A stretch of DNA of 64,000 bases from the human T2T-CHM13v2.0 reference genome, Homo sapiens. A program made the translations under genes and the position numbers. Below, in pieces: positions 13,149 to 31,440 of this stretch (position 1 is the first letter of the stretch; each line of letters opens with the position of its first letter). The stretch is taken from NCBI RefSeq assembly GCF_009914755.1, contig NC_060928.1; one strand, written 5' to 3'. The notes below the pieces were generated by a model. That model had not been told where the DNA came from, did no database searches, and worked only from the letters and a program-made list of their open reading frames with translations.

Positions 13149-14681
13149 TCTCTTAGTCCATTTGTGTTGCTATAACAAAATATCACAGACTGGATAATTT
13201 ATAAAGAACAGAAATTTATTTTCTCACAGTTCTGGAGGCTGGGAAGTTCAAGGTCACAGTTCTGGAGGCTGGGAAGACCAAGGCTGGTGTCTGATGAGGG
13301 CCTTCTTGCTGTGTCATCACATGGTAGAAGGCAGAAGGGCAAAAGGAATGAACTTCCTCTGACAAACCCATTTATAACTGCATTAACCCATTCTTGAGAA
13401 TGGGGCCCTCATGATCCAAACACCTCCTGAAAGACCCTGCCTCCCAATACGGTTGCATTGAGGATTATGTCTCAACATGTGTTATGGGAAGTCAGGGACC
13501 CCGAACGGAGGGACCAGCTGAGGCAATGGCAGAAGAACATAAATTGTGAAGATTTCATGGACATTTATTAGTTCCCCAAATTAATACTTTTATAATTTCT
13601 TACACCTGTCTTTACTGCAATCTCTGAACATAAATTGTGAAGATTTCATGGACATTTATCACTTCCCTAATCAAAACTCTTGTGATTTCCCATGCCTGTC
13701 TTTAATCTCTTAATCCTGTCATCTTGGTAAGCTGAGGATGTATGTCGCCTCAGGACCCTGTGATGATTGCGTTAACTGCACAAATCATTCGTAAAGCGTG
13801 TGTATTTAAACAATATGAAATCTGGGCACCTTGGAAAAAGAACAGGATAACAGCGATGTTCAGGGAACAAGGGAGATAACCAATTAGGTCTGACTGCCTG
13901 AGAGCTGGGTGGAACAGAGCCATATTTCTCTTCTTACAAAAGTGAATAAGAGAAATATCACTGAATTCTTTTTCTCAGCAAGGAACAGCCCTGAGAAAGA
14001 GAATGCATTCCCAGGGGTAGGTCTCTAAAATGGCCACTCTGAGAATGTCTGTCTTATATAGTTGCAGATAAGGGATGAAATAAGCCCCAGTCTCCCATAG
14101 TGCTCCCAGGCCTATCAGGATGAGGAAATTCCCGCCTAGTAAATTTTAGACCGGTTATCTGCTCTCAAACCCTGTCTCCTGATAAGATGTTATCAATGAC
14201 AATGCGTGCCCGAAACTTCATTAGCAATTTTAATTTCGCCCTGGTCGTCTGCTCTCAAACCCTGTCTCCTGATAAGATGTTATTAATGACAATGCGTGCC
14301 CGAATCTTCATTAGCAATTTTAATTTCAGCCCAGTCCTGTGATCTCGCTCTGTGCCCATTTGCCTTGTGATATTTTATTGCCTTGTGAAGCATGTGATCT
14401 CTGTGACCCACACCCTATTCGTACACTCCCTCCCCTTTTGAAAATCACTAAAAAAAATTTGCTGGTTTTGCAGCTTGGGGGGCATCACGGAACCTGCCGA
14501 CATATGATGTCTCCCCCAGACACCCAGCTTTAAAATTTCTCTCTTTTGTACTCTTTCCCTTTATTTCTCAGACTGGCTGACACTTAGGGAAAATAGAAAA
14601 GAACCTATGTTGAATTATCGGGGGTGGTTCCCCTGATACACATGAATTTTTGGAGGGGACAAAAACGTTTAAACCATAGCA
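13149..14681 (-). mobile_element. MST-type MaLR LTR nested in MLT1A
   Basis: TCTTAGTCCATTTGTGTTGCTATAAC..; resumes after MER11 with TTTTGGAGGGGACAAAAACGTTTAAACCATAGCA; internal 30-bp tandem duplication 13224-13283. Confidence 0.75.
13480..14638 (+). mobile_element. MER11 (HERV-K11/HML-8) solo LTR
   Basis: TGTTATGGGAAGTCAGGGACCCCGAACGGAGGGACC start, GGGGGTGGTTCCCCTGATA end, ~1.16 kb, flanks AACATG/CACATG (near-match 6-bp TSD). Confidence 0.9.
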
Positions 14682-16499
14682 AGTACTAATCTCATATCAT
14701 TCACGATCTAATCACCTCCCAAAAGTCCTATCTCCTAATAGCATCATCTTAGGAGCTAGACTTTCAACATATGAGTTTTGAGAGGAAACAAACATTCAGA
14801 CCATAGCACCAGCCAATGCTTGCTTAACTTACACCCTATATATCACAAAAATAACAGTGTAAGTCCCCTTTCTGAAGTGGGTCTTCCTCTTCTCTTTAAA
14901 GAGAAATATTGTGTTCACCCTTTTCTACTAATCATATTATGCATTGTTTTGGAAAAGTCTACCAGTTAACTGCTGAAAATCATTTCCAAAATGCTGATTA
15001 CAGATTGTAGAGTAATAAGTAATGAGATCATTATGACTATGGATATAGGAAGTTTCATTTAGTTCTTTACTCTAACAAGTTGGCTTCATTTATTAATAAT
15101 TAACATCAATATTCCTGGAGCTTGAGCCTTTCTGCCTGTTTAAGGACTATATAGAGATAATTATCTTTTCATATTTTCCTGGGAAATTGGTGATCATAAA
15201 CATTAAAATTAATTTATACATACAAAAATTTGCAGATCCTCAAATTTAATTTCTATTAAACATTTTAAAGTTAATGAGAAAACTTTTTCTTGGCCTTTGG
15301 GAAGAACATTTTCTGTATCTCCCACTTGCTTACCTACCCTTCTTTATTCTACAACAATGAGGGGGAAGTATTGAATGGGATTTATTAAGACATTATGCAA
15401 GTCACATTTCTAGGAGTGGTGCCATAGCAGAAGGGGTATAAATAAGATAATATATTCCCTTCCTCCCTTTCCTTAGCTTTCTCTAGAGCACTGACAAAAT
15501 GGGATTTGAACTTGGCTTTGAAGTATAAAAAAACAGAGTGGACCTCCTAATTCAAGGCTTCTTAGGCCCATCTAATGTAAAAAGAGTTTTTCATTTGGTC
15601 TTAATCTAGAAAACTGGGATTTAACACTGAGATTTGTAGAAAGGCCTGGACATTAATAAAGCACAATTTTATTCTGGTTTATCATCTTGTACATGTATCT
15701 GCCTTGCAAATTATGGGGAGATATAAATTAAGGAATTGATATGTCCTAGCAAAGACACCCAAAATGCCATTTTAACTTCACTTTAATCACATCTGTTCAA
15801 TTAAAACTTTTTCCTGGCCTCTTAATAAGCTGTCATACTAGGCACATCAAAGTAGTCTCAGATTAAGCCCGTTCTTCCATTTTCACTTCCAAGCCCAAAT
15901 CACAGTCTTGAATTTTACTACTTTAGTTCAATGGAGAATCACACTTGTCTTCTTCATAGAAAAAAAGGATATGGGGAAGTACATGGGATTAGCAAAAACT
16001 TTACCCTTACGGTGATGAACCAGTAGCCTTGAATCTGACCTGAGAAATAGATAAAGGTGGAGGTAAAATGGGAAAGAAAAGGTTTTCCATGGGAGGCCAG
16101 CCTTCCTTACTGCAGATGTAGTCTGAATAACAATAACCAGTGCCTTCAATACACATAAATATTCAAAAGGATTACAACACTTATACTTGATTCCCTCCTC
16201 ATACCTACTGCAAACCTGGCAAAAAGCACAATTACAAATATCAGTAAATAAAACAGTCAGTTAGCATGACAGATATACTCAGTGAAGAGCCTGAAATCTT
16301 AAGAACGAGTTTCTAATCTATCCTCCTATTTTAGAGAGAAGAAAAAAAGTTAGTCTATATTGCTCAATATTGACATTGCTGTTCTCTTCCTTCCCTTGAC
16401 ACCACTCCTTTATAGGAAACAATATCACCAAAAGGAAAATACCAAGTTAATTATTTAAATTTAAATACACTTAAGAAGATACAAAAAAAGAAATATTTG

Positions 16500-16700
16500 A
16501 TAACATGTATTAAGCACCATCTATGTGCTATTCATTGTTAGACTAATTTAACTTTCATAACTCTGTGGCTAGCCACACTTGACAGATTAGGAAAATGGAG
16601 TTTTGAGATGTAAATATTTCAGAGGTCCTGTAGCTAGTAAGTGATGGCCCTAGGATTCCTTCTTGGGACTGTCAGACTCCAGATTCAGTCATCCCATTCT
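16500..16700 (-). mobile_element. MIR
   Basis: TATTAAGCACCATCTATGTGCTA..GACAGATTAGGAAAATGGAG..TAGCTAGTAAGTGATGG. Confidence 0.6.
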
Positions 16701-19292
16701 CTGTGCTATTCTTCCTCCATAATATGCATATACACTGTATAAACATGGTCTAATTTTTCTAGTTTAAAAAGATTTGATTCTGTTATAAAAATATTGTTAT
16801 ATTGAACATATGTCCCCCCGTTTATATTCCAATTATATGCTATTAATTAGAATTTATTATTATGGACTTATTCATATGATAAAATATTTTGAAAAATCTT
16901 TACAATTTTTTTTCCTACCGAGAAGAAATACCTACAGTTTCCTTGCTTAAATGTTTGCATACATCACTGTTCTATGATTGTTCTGTTTATCTTCTGAGGT
17001 ACATAGTAGTTCTTAGATATTAATCTTTCATTAAATTTGAACCAGAAATAGGGACAGGTGAATATAAGATCTAAAGCTTAATGTCTCAATCTGAGACATA
17101 GTTTAATATGGCTGGAATAGAGAGGTAGCCATGAATGTGTAGAGAAATAAGTTATGGTTGAGAGGTTGATTGGGGCCAGTTTGTAATATGACCCACATAC
17201 AAGCCTTGTTGGAAAAGTGCTGTTTTCAGCTGTCGAATACCCTAACCTTTGAAGCTTGTTTGTGCGAGGTGTAGTACCTGGCACATAGTGGATACTTATT
17301 AAACTTCGAAGGGAAACAAACTCCAGCAAGGCAGCAAAGTTTAATAGAACAGCATGAAGAATCACAGCCAAATTAATACATCAATATTCTTATTTTTAGC
17401 AGCACAACTAGTCTCAGGAAGAAAATGTAAGGGAATATTGGAGAATGACTAACTTTAAATTATATATTAATATAAGGAAGAATAAGGTTTCTGGAAAAAT
17501 ATTCAGTGCAATGCCTAGTATACAGGAAGTGATTCAATAAATGTTGAATAAATGAATGAAAAGTGTACATTGTGTGTGTTTGCTCACATTGATCATACAG
17601 GTAAATGGTAAACAGGTAAAACAAAAATGAATGAACATTTAATGCATTCAAATATATTCACATTAAAGTCAAAGTTTAACTTTAGAAAAACCTTATGAGA
17701 AGTCAAATTTAACAAAGCCTGTTCTTTATCTTTATCCACTGCTGTTAAGCCTTCTGACTGTTTCCTTGCGATGTCAAGTTCCCCTGTGCAATACTATAAT
17801 AATTTAGGGAAGAAAATCTGAGAGGATGTTGAAAATAATGAGCATTTAACTGGATGTGAATCCAAGCATTCACAACAAGGGCCCAGGGGTAACATATGGA
17901 AAAGATTTAATGGAGAAGAGAAATGTAATGAAGATCCAAACAACAGAAAGATAACACTTTTTAGACTTCAGATCCTAAAATCTGAAATGCTGCTGAAGGT
18001 TTCTGGAACAGAGTGGCTTCTAGGACACCTGAACACTTCTGCTTTATTTGTTTGGTTTTGGGAAATATAAAAGCAACTGTGGGGTTATAAGGTGAGTATG
18101 ACTTTGTAAACAATAATTTTAAACCATACTGTCCTTCTCCTCATTCCTACATGTTTGCATGATCTTACTCTATATGAACTCGCTCCTCTGTGGATGTCTC
18201 AAGCCAGCCCGCTTTAGAGATTGAGCCCAAAGTTAAATCTCACATGGGGAGAATTTTCTGTAGAATCATTACAAATATGGTAGAGAGTTTGCTTTTGTTA
18301 GAAAAATCAAACAAAAAGCTACATTTAAATTTTGCAAAGTCACTAATTTAATTCAGTTATGAAACTACATCATTCTATGGGGAAAAAAGTACTCAAATTC
18401 TCCATCAACAGCTTTTGATCTTTTGTGACTGCTTCAGTGTCACATTTTAAAATATCTGCCGGAGTTTTCTATTTAGGTGTTCTGTTAAAACCTTTCCTTT
18501 TTCTTCTGGGAGAGTTGACTCTCTCCCAGTCAACTGTCCTGATTAGTTCTGTGTGTCTCCTTCCTTTCTAAACATCTTGGTAAAATATTTTGAAATATTT
18601 TTCTCCTCTTTCTCCATTCAGAATCTATTACCTTGTCTTATTATTTCTCCTTTGAAAAATTAAAAATTAAATGCTTATAAATTAAATATAAATACTAAAA
18701 TATCTCTACTCTTATTGTTCTAGTCTGAATTGTCCTCATAATTAATTGCTTATCCAAAATATTTTTCTGGAAAATGAAGGTTATACACAGGGCTATTGTA
18801 AGTTTAAAAAAATAATGTATGCACTCTTTTAGCATAAAGTAGATGCTTAGTAAATAATTCCCCCAATTTCCCTGTATAAAAATACTTTCCTGTACAAAAA
18901 TTTTCATTGCTTTATTGCCTCTAGGATAAAATCCAGAAACTCAGACTGACAGTCAGGATTATGAGAGTCTGGTCCTATCTACCTATGCCAAATTATTTTA
19001 TACTAATCTCTATTATTGAGTCATACTAATCTCTTTATGCCACTAATAGGCCATATTCATTCCAATGTCTTTGCTGACACTCCTGATCTTCATTTTTGGG
19101 GAATATTGCTTCTTTTGTTTAATGACATCCTCCAAGTTTCAAATCCAGTCTTGCCATCACTGTGGAACTTCCTTCAATTGTTCTAGGTGCAGGGATACAG
19201 CAATGAACAAGGTAGATAATGTCTCTGCTCTCACAATGCTTACAATCTAGCAAGAGAACAGATAATAACCAGATAAATAAAGGATTGACTAT

Positions 19293-19530
19293 AACATGCA
19301 TGAACTTTGAGGACATTATTCTAAGTGAAGTAAGTCAGTCCGAAAAAGACAAAGACTGCATAATTCCACTTAAAAGGGGAATTGTTCAATGGGTATAGAG
19401 TTTCAGTTTCACTAGACGAAAAAGTTCTGGAGATCTGTTGGACAACAATGTGTGTGTAGTTAATACGGTACACTTAAAAATGGTTAAGGTGGTAAATTTT
19501 ATTTTGTGTGTATTTACCATAATAAAAATT
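19293..19530 (+). mobile_element. L1MB-like 3' end fragment
   Basis: ATGAACTTTGAGGACATTATTCTAAGTGAA..AAAGTTCTGGAGATC..ACTTAAAAATGGTTAAG..AATAAAA. Confidence 0.8.
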
Positions 19531-20239
19531 GAGATAATCCTAGCTAATTATGAATACTATTAAGAAAATAAAGGAGGATATAATAAGATGAAGCACCACT
19601 GAGAGGAAATGCTATATTAGAAAGTGCCTTGGAAGGGGTGACCTTTGAGTTGAAACCTGAGTGATGAAATAGATTAGTCATGAGCGTCAGAAGGAATAGT
19701 AAGTACAAAAGTCAAGAGACCAAAACAGATTTGGTCTATTCAAGGAAGATGAGGAAGTCAGCATTCCAAGGGCATGCAGTGGACTTGCTGAGGAAGGCAG
19801 ACACTAGATTCCCTAGGGTCTGTGGGCTAGGAAAAGGAGATTGAATTTTATTTCAGTTCAATTCATTGGAGGATTATAAGCAGTGGATGATGTGATCTGG
19901 TTTACAGTTTTAAAAAAGTGAGCTAGCTGTCATATGCAAACAGACTCATGGAGGCAAATATGGAAGTTGAAACACCAATTAGAAAGCACACTGGAATGCA
20001 GAGGATGCTAATTTGGACTAGAGCTGAGAAGGACTGAGATGGTCTGACCTCAGATATACTTGGAGGTAATGACAATGAATTTGTAGCTGTATTGAATGTG
20101 GGAGACATATAATGAATAATCAAGGATGACGTCTATGTTATTGGCCTGGACAACTAAGTGAAAACTCAGAGAAGAATCGGTATAAGGGAGTCAATAGTTA
20201 AGGGTTCAGTTTTGGCCATGTTGAGGTTTTTGTTTTTAT

Positions 20240-21540
<1,301 letters not shown>

Positions 21541-22022
21541 CCAGGTGAAATTTTAGCTACCTATTAGACATCGAAGACTAGCAAGTAGTTGTACATGAAT
21601 CTAGATTTCAGAGGAGAAATTAAACTGCATGGAAATTAGGGAGTATAGACCGTATTTAAGCCCTTGGACTTGATGAGATCACTCAGAGAGAGACAGAGAG
21701 GAAGACTAGAAATAGATGAGTCTCGAAGGATATAATTTATAATTATTACACATAACTCTGGGATTCATTGTATGCCCCGGGGTACTGGAGTAACACCAAT
21801 AGAGACTTTAAGTAGCTGAATAAACACTAAAATTGTCCCATTTCGGGAAGGGCAGATACCTCCCTGGAAGAGCTTATGAGATGGTGCCCATTCTGTGGCC
21901 ACTATAACAAGATAGACCTTTCAGAAATACACTGAAATGGAATTTGCTCTACATGTTCTTAACTTTCTAGGAAGCCTCCAACATCAGGCTTATTCCTTGA
22001 TGATTCTAAGATGTGTATACTG

Positions 22023-22318
22023 AGCTGGGTGTGGTGGCTTACGCCTGTAATCCCAGCACTTTGGGAGACCGAGGCAGGAGGATTGCCTGAGCTCAGGAGT
22101 TCGAGACCAGCCTGACCAACATGGTGAAACCTACTGAATATACAAAAATTAGCCAGGCATGGTGGTGAGCACCTGTAATCCCAGCTACTCAGGAGGCTAA
22201 GGCAGGAGAATTGCTTGAACCTGGGAATCAGAGATTGCAGTGAGCTGAGATCACGCCACTGCACTCTAGCCTGGGTGAAAGAGTGAGACTCTGTCTCAAG
22301 AAAAAAAGAAAAAAAAAA
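22023..22318 (+). mobile_element. AluS with 15-bp TSD
   Basis: TSD AAGATGTGTATACTG at 22008-22022 and 22319-22333. Confidence 0.95.
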
Positions 22319-24709
22319 AAGATGTGTATACTGGCCAAAGTGGCAAACAGAAAACATTCCAGCATGTTTAAGATAACAAAGAATTTAGTAGAGAAAATTG
22401 GTAGTTCAGAGAATCCTTATCAGGGGTGAAGAAATAGGCATCAGGCTAAATTAGTGGGTACCATGTCCAGCAGCAGCCATACACTGGCCTGATGAGCAAA
22501 CTGTTGCTGCTGCCTCTGACTCCAGAAGCATTCCACAGGACTCTCCTACCGTGGAAACTGCCACCACCACTGCTGCCACAACCCAGACTTCAGATGTCAG
22601 GAACTCCACTTCTGTAAAACTGCTATAGATGCCATGTGCTCAATTAACTTTACTGTAATTTCTACTGCTACCCCTTAAAGCAAGATACTCAGCTGTCACC
22701 TGAACCAGGAAAATAGACACCCAACATTTAGCCTGTTTTCTTATATTATGATTTGAAATCTCATGTGAGTGTGTCTGATTGGTGGAACCAATTTGCTTGC
22801 ATCCTAGATGCCAAGAATGGTGGGAAAATGGGTTTTCTGAATTTTATCTTGGGAATACAAAATGCCCAATGGAGAAACTCATAAAATGTACAGGACATTC
22901 AAAAGATAATGGGGGGCCATGTGTGAGAGGTCTCCACTCACAAGTAAGGTGCCATGGACACTCACCACATATAGCACTTCACTATTACTTGTGGAAGTAT
23001 TTTCTTCAGATTTTATCTAGTTGATACATGTTACTGTCAAAGCTCATCCATTTTGATGAGACAATTTCTCCACCTAAATGTAACATAGGGTGAACTGTAT
23101 TTGTAAATTCACAAGTTTTTAACCCATCTTTTGTACCTGCATTTCTTTTAGAACAGGCTTTGGAGCTGGCTGGTAAGTTATACATATGGAATGTTATGCA
23201 CATTTTAATAAAGAGCAATGGGGTGATCTTACATAGTTAAACATTAATAATTTCTATTTATTGAAAAATTTCAAAATGTTATTTTCCTAATGAGATCTAC
23301 GTGCATTATTTTTATCTGTGAGATCTCTGGCAAAGAAAAGTTACCATAAAGATACAGTACTTGGGATTTGCTGGCAAGATGGCCAAATAGAAATAGCTCC
23401 AGTCTGCAGCTCCCAGCGAGATCAATGCAGAAGACAGGTGATTTCTGCATTTCCAACTGAGGTACCTGGTTAGTTTCATTGGAACTGGTTGGACAGTGGG
23501 TGCAGCCCACAAAGGGCGACCCGAAGCAGGGTGGGGTGTTGCCTCACCCAGGAAATGCAAGGGGTTGGGGGATCTCCCTCCCCCAGCCAAGGGAAGCCAT
23601 GAGATACTGTATTGAGAGGAACAGTGCACTCCAGCTCAGATAGTGCACTTTTCCCATGGTCTTCACAATTGGCAGACCAGGAGATTCCCTCCGGTGCCTA
23701 TGCCACCAGGGCCCTGAGTTTCAAGCACAAAACTGGGCGGCCATTTGGGCAGACACTGAGCTAGCTGCAGGAGTTTTTTTTTCATACCCCAGTGGCACCT
23801 GGAATGCCAGCAAGAGAGAACCATTCACTCCCCTGGAAAAGGGGCTGGAGCCAGGGAGCCAAGTGGTCTGGCTTGGCAGGTACCACCCCCATGGAGCACA
23901 GCAAGCTAAGATCCACTGGCTTGAAATTCTTGCTGCCAGCACAGCAGCCTGAGGTTGACATGGGATGCTTGAGGTTGGTTGGGGGAGGCGTGTCCGCCAT
24001 TGCTGAGGCTTGAGTAGGTGGTTTTCCCCTTACAGTGTAAACAAAGCTGCTGGGAACTTTGAACTGGGCGGAGCCAACCGCAGCTCAGCAAGGCGGATGT
24101 GGCCAGACTGCCTCTCTAGATTCCTCCTTTCTGGGCAGGGCATCTCTGAAAAAAAAGGCAGCAGCCCCAACCAGGGACTTACAGATAAAACCCCAAACTC
24201 CCTGGGTCAGAGGACCTCGGGGAAGGGGTGGCTGTGGATGCAGCTTCAGCAGACTTAAACATCCCTGCCTGACAGCTCTGAAGAGAGCAGTGGATCTCCA
24301 AGGACAGAGTTCAAGCTCTGATAAGGGACAAACTGCCTCCTCAAGTGGGTCCCTGACCTCTGTGTATCCTGACTGGGAGACACCTCCCAGTAGGGGCTGA
24401 CAGACACCTCATGCAGGAGAGCTCCAGCTGGCATCTGGCAGGTGCCCCTCTGGGACAAAACTTCCAGAGGAAGAAACAGGCAGCAATCTTTGCTGTTCTG
24501 CAGCCTCTGCTGGTGATACCCAGGCAAACAGGGTCTGGAGTGGACCTCCAGCAAATTCCAGCAGACCTGCAGCAGAGGGGCCTGACTGTTAGAAGGAAAA
24601 TTAACAAACAGAAAGGAATAGTGTCAACATCAACAAAAAGGGCATCCACTCAGAGACTCTATCCGAAGGTCGCCAGCATCAAAGACCAAAGGTAGATAAA
24701 ACCACAAAG

Positions 24710-25727
24710 TTGGGGAGAAACTAGAGCAAAAAGGCTGAAAATTCCAAAAACCAGAATGCCTCTTCTCCTCCAAAGGATCATAACTCCTTGCCAGTGAGGG
24801 AACAATACCGGACAGAGAATGAGTTTGACGAATTGACAGAAGTAGGCTTCAAAAGGTGGGTAATAACAAACCCTTAGAGCTAAAGGAGCATGTTCTAACC
24901 CAATGCAAGGAAACTAAGTACCTTGAAAAAAGGTTAGACAAATTGCTAACTAGAATAATCTATTTACAGAAGAACATAAATGACCTGATGGAGCTGAAAA
25001 ACACAGCATGAGAACTTCATAAAGCATACACAAGTTTCAATTGTTGAATCAATCAAGTGGAAGAAAGGATATTGAGATTGAAGATCAACTCAATGAAATA
25101 AAGTGAGAAGACAAGATTAGAGAAAAAAAACGAAAAGAAATGAACAGAGCCTCCAAGAAATATGGGACTATGTGAAAAGACCAAATCTACATTTGATTGG
25201 TGTACCTGAAAGTGAACAGAAAAATGAAACCAAGTTGGAAAACACTCTTCAGGATATTAACCAGGAGAACTTTCCCAACCTAGCAAGGCAGGCCAACACT
25301 CAAATTCAGGAAATACAGAGAATACCAAAAAGATATTACTTGAGAAGAGCAACCCCAAGACATGTAATTGTCAGATTCACCAAGGTTGAAATGAAGGAAA
25401 AAATGTTAAGGGCAGCCAGCCAGAAAGGTCAGGTTACCCACATAGGGAAGCTCATCAGACTAACAGTGGATCTCTCTGCAGAAACCCTGCAAGCTAGAAG
25501 AGAGTGGGGGTCAATATTCAACATTCTTAAAGAATTTTCAACCCAGAATTTCATATCCAGCCAAACTAAGCTTCATAAGTGAAGGAGAAATAAAATCCTT
25601 TACAGACAAGCAAATGCTGAGAGATTTTGTCACCACCAGGGCTGCCTTACAAGAGCTCCTGAAGGAAGCACTAAACATGGAAAGGTACAATAGGTACCAG
25701 CCACTGCAAAAAGATACCAAATTGTAA
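24710..25727 (+). pseudogene. L1 ORF1p remnant (start codon mutated to TTG, internal stops and frameshifts)
   Basis: ORF 25172-25582 gives KRPNLHLIGVPE..ENFPNLARQ..RRATPRHVIVRF, typical of ORF1p. Confidence 0.9.
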
Positions 25728-25790
25728 AGACCTTTGATGCTATAAAGAAACTGCGTCAACTAAGGGGGAAAATAACCAGCTAGCATCATA

Positions 25791-29502
<3,712 letters not shown>

Positions 29503-31307
29503 ACAATGGGAACACATGGGCATGGCAGGGGGGCATCACACCCCGGGGCCTGTAGGGGATGGGCACCTGAGGGAGGGATAGCGTTAGGAGAAATACCTAA
29601 TGTAGATGATGGGTTGATGGGTGCAGTAAACCACCATGGCACGTGTATACCTATGTAACAAACTTGCACATTCTGCACATGTACCCCAGAACTTAAAGTA
29701 TAATTAAAAAAATAAAGTACTTATTATTTATTATTATAAATATTTAAAATAGCTTTTAATGGTGCTTTGCTTTGTTTAGCCATTGATTTTTTCAACTCAG
29801 TTTTATTGAGGTGTAATTTATATAAAATAAAATAAGTGCTTTTTCATATTTAATAAGTTTTGACAAATATATTAACCCAAATAAAGACTAACCACCATCA
29901 AAATACAGAATATTTCCATAACTCCCAAAATTTCCTTCATGTGTCTTTATATTGTCTTTACTTTCCCAGCCCTACAAAGCCATTAATATTTTGTCATTGT
30001 AGATATGATTTTTCCTAATTATTGAGGCATAACTCAACATACAAGTTAAGGCGTCCATTTAAAGTGTGCTATTTGCTATAGCCATGGATTTTTTCTGAAG
30101 TATAATGACTCTCTCTTTAATGTTTTGCTTTTGAATTCTCAGCTGTAGTTATTGAACTTTAGAATAAACTTACCATCATTTGATTATATGAGAAAGCATT
30201 AAATAATTTCTCTTTGTTTTCTGTACACACAGAATCGTACAGAGTCACTCTATATTCTGTACACAAACTATGTAATTTAACAATATTCTTGATCTATAAA
30301 CTATTCCTGAAAAGTTGCTGATACAAAGGCCAGAGGAAGCAGATATAAAACTAAGCTACTGAGTTAGAACCTAACTACTATTAGCTACGGCCACACACCC
30401 ATGAATCATAAAGTTCCTGAAACACAGATATTAATGATTTTCCTAGCTGATAATTCTCATACAATTATTTTAGAGGAAGGTGGAATATAAATCTTAAGTA
30501 AACAATTTAATAAATAAATATACACAGCTGGTGTTTTAATGTTCATTGTGTGAAGGAGAAGGTGGATACAGCACATGTTATCCAGGCACTTCCACTAATG
30601 GTACAATTCTGAAAAAGCTTATTTGAAGCTATTAGCAAGTTTTATGAGTTATTGATTTCTAAATGCTTTCCTAGTTCGGCAAGAAACGAGGTTTCAGAAG
30701 ACAATGCCATTTAATCATTTTTATCAGTTAGGATGGATAACAGTTTGAATGTAGTCCAGCTCCCTGGATATGAAATAAATAGAATGATTTTCCATAGTGT
30801 TTTACCCCAATTTGCATATGGGTTACCTTAATAAATGCTGGGGAATAGATTAGTATAGCTTAGAAACTTGAAGCTTCTGAGACAATTTTCAGGAAGGAGT
30901 TCCTGAACCATTTAAAATTTGCAAAATAAACAAGAATAGCAATGATACAATCAGGCAATACACGTTGCACAATAAATCTGTCAGTGCTTTTTAACAAGCA
31001 TGTACTGTGAGCTTATTATGTCTGAAGCATCACTTGAAGCCATGGTGATACATAGATGAAGGAGGGCTTCTACTCTCAAGTTCCTTTTTGGAGCAGGCAG
31101 GAGAAAGACAGCATTAAATTAACAGTTGTAACATAGGGTGCTAGTTTAAGGAGAAAAATACGTCGAGAGTGCAACGGCAGCAAGAATAAAGAGAGCTAGA
31201 TTTGGGCTGAGAGAATCAGCAAAACCTTTCTAAAAATGACGATAATTTTGCTAAGTGAAAACACACTAGCAAAAATTAGCAGGTAGAGGAAGTAGAGTCT
31301 GTTTGGC

Positions 31308-31440
31308 TACATTCTTAAGAAATCTTCCATTATTAAAATAGAAATTTTTTTATTATTATTCTTAAGAAATCTTCCATTATTAAATATTACATATCCATTA
31401 TTACATTCTTAAGAAATCTTCCACTATTAAAATAGAAAAT
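31308..31440. repeat. Three 27-bp direct repeats at an exact 47-bp period
   Basis: ATTCTTAAGAAATCTTCCA(T/C)TATTAAA at 31311, 31358 and 31405. Confidence 0.95.

Larger units (their letters stand above)
12936..14808 (-). mobile_element. MLT1A-like LTR (outer element of a triple nest)
   Basis: Pieces 12936-13148 and 14682-14808; 5-bp TSD CCAGC at 12931-12935 and 14809-14813. Confidence 0.8.

Noticed and set aside
23271-24695. Cluster of overlapping ORFs as a small gene operon or ORF0
   Set aside because: All lie in the GC-rich L1 5'UTR; I cannot match any to intact L1 ORF0
31308-31440. CRISPR array
   Set aside because: Primate DNA, no cas genes, only three repeats, and the spacers are built from repeat and flank fragments
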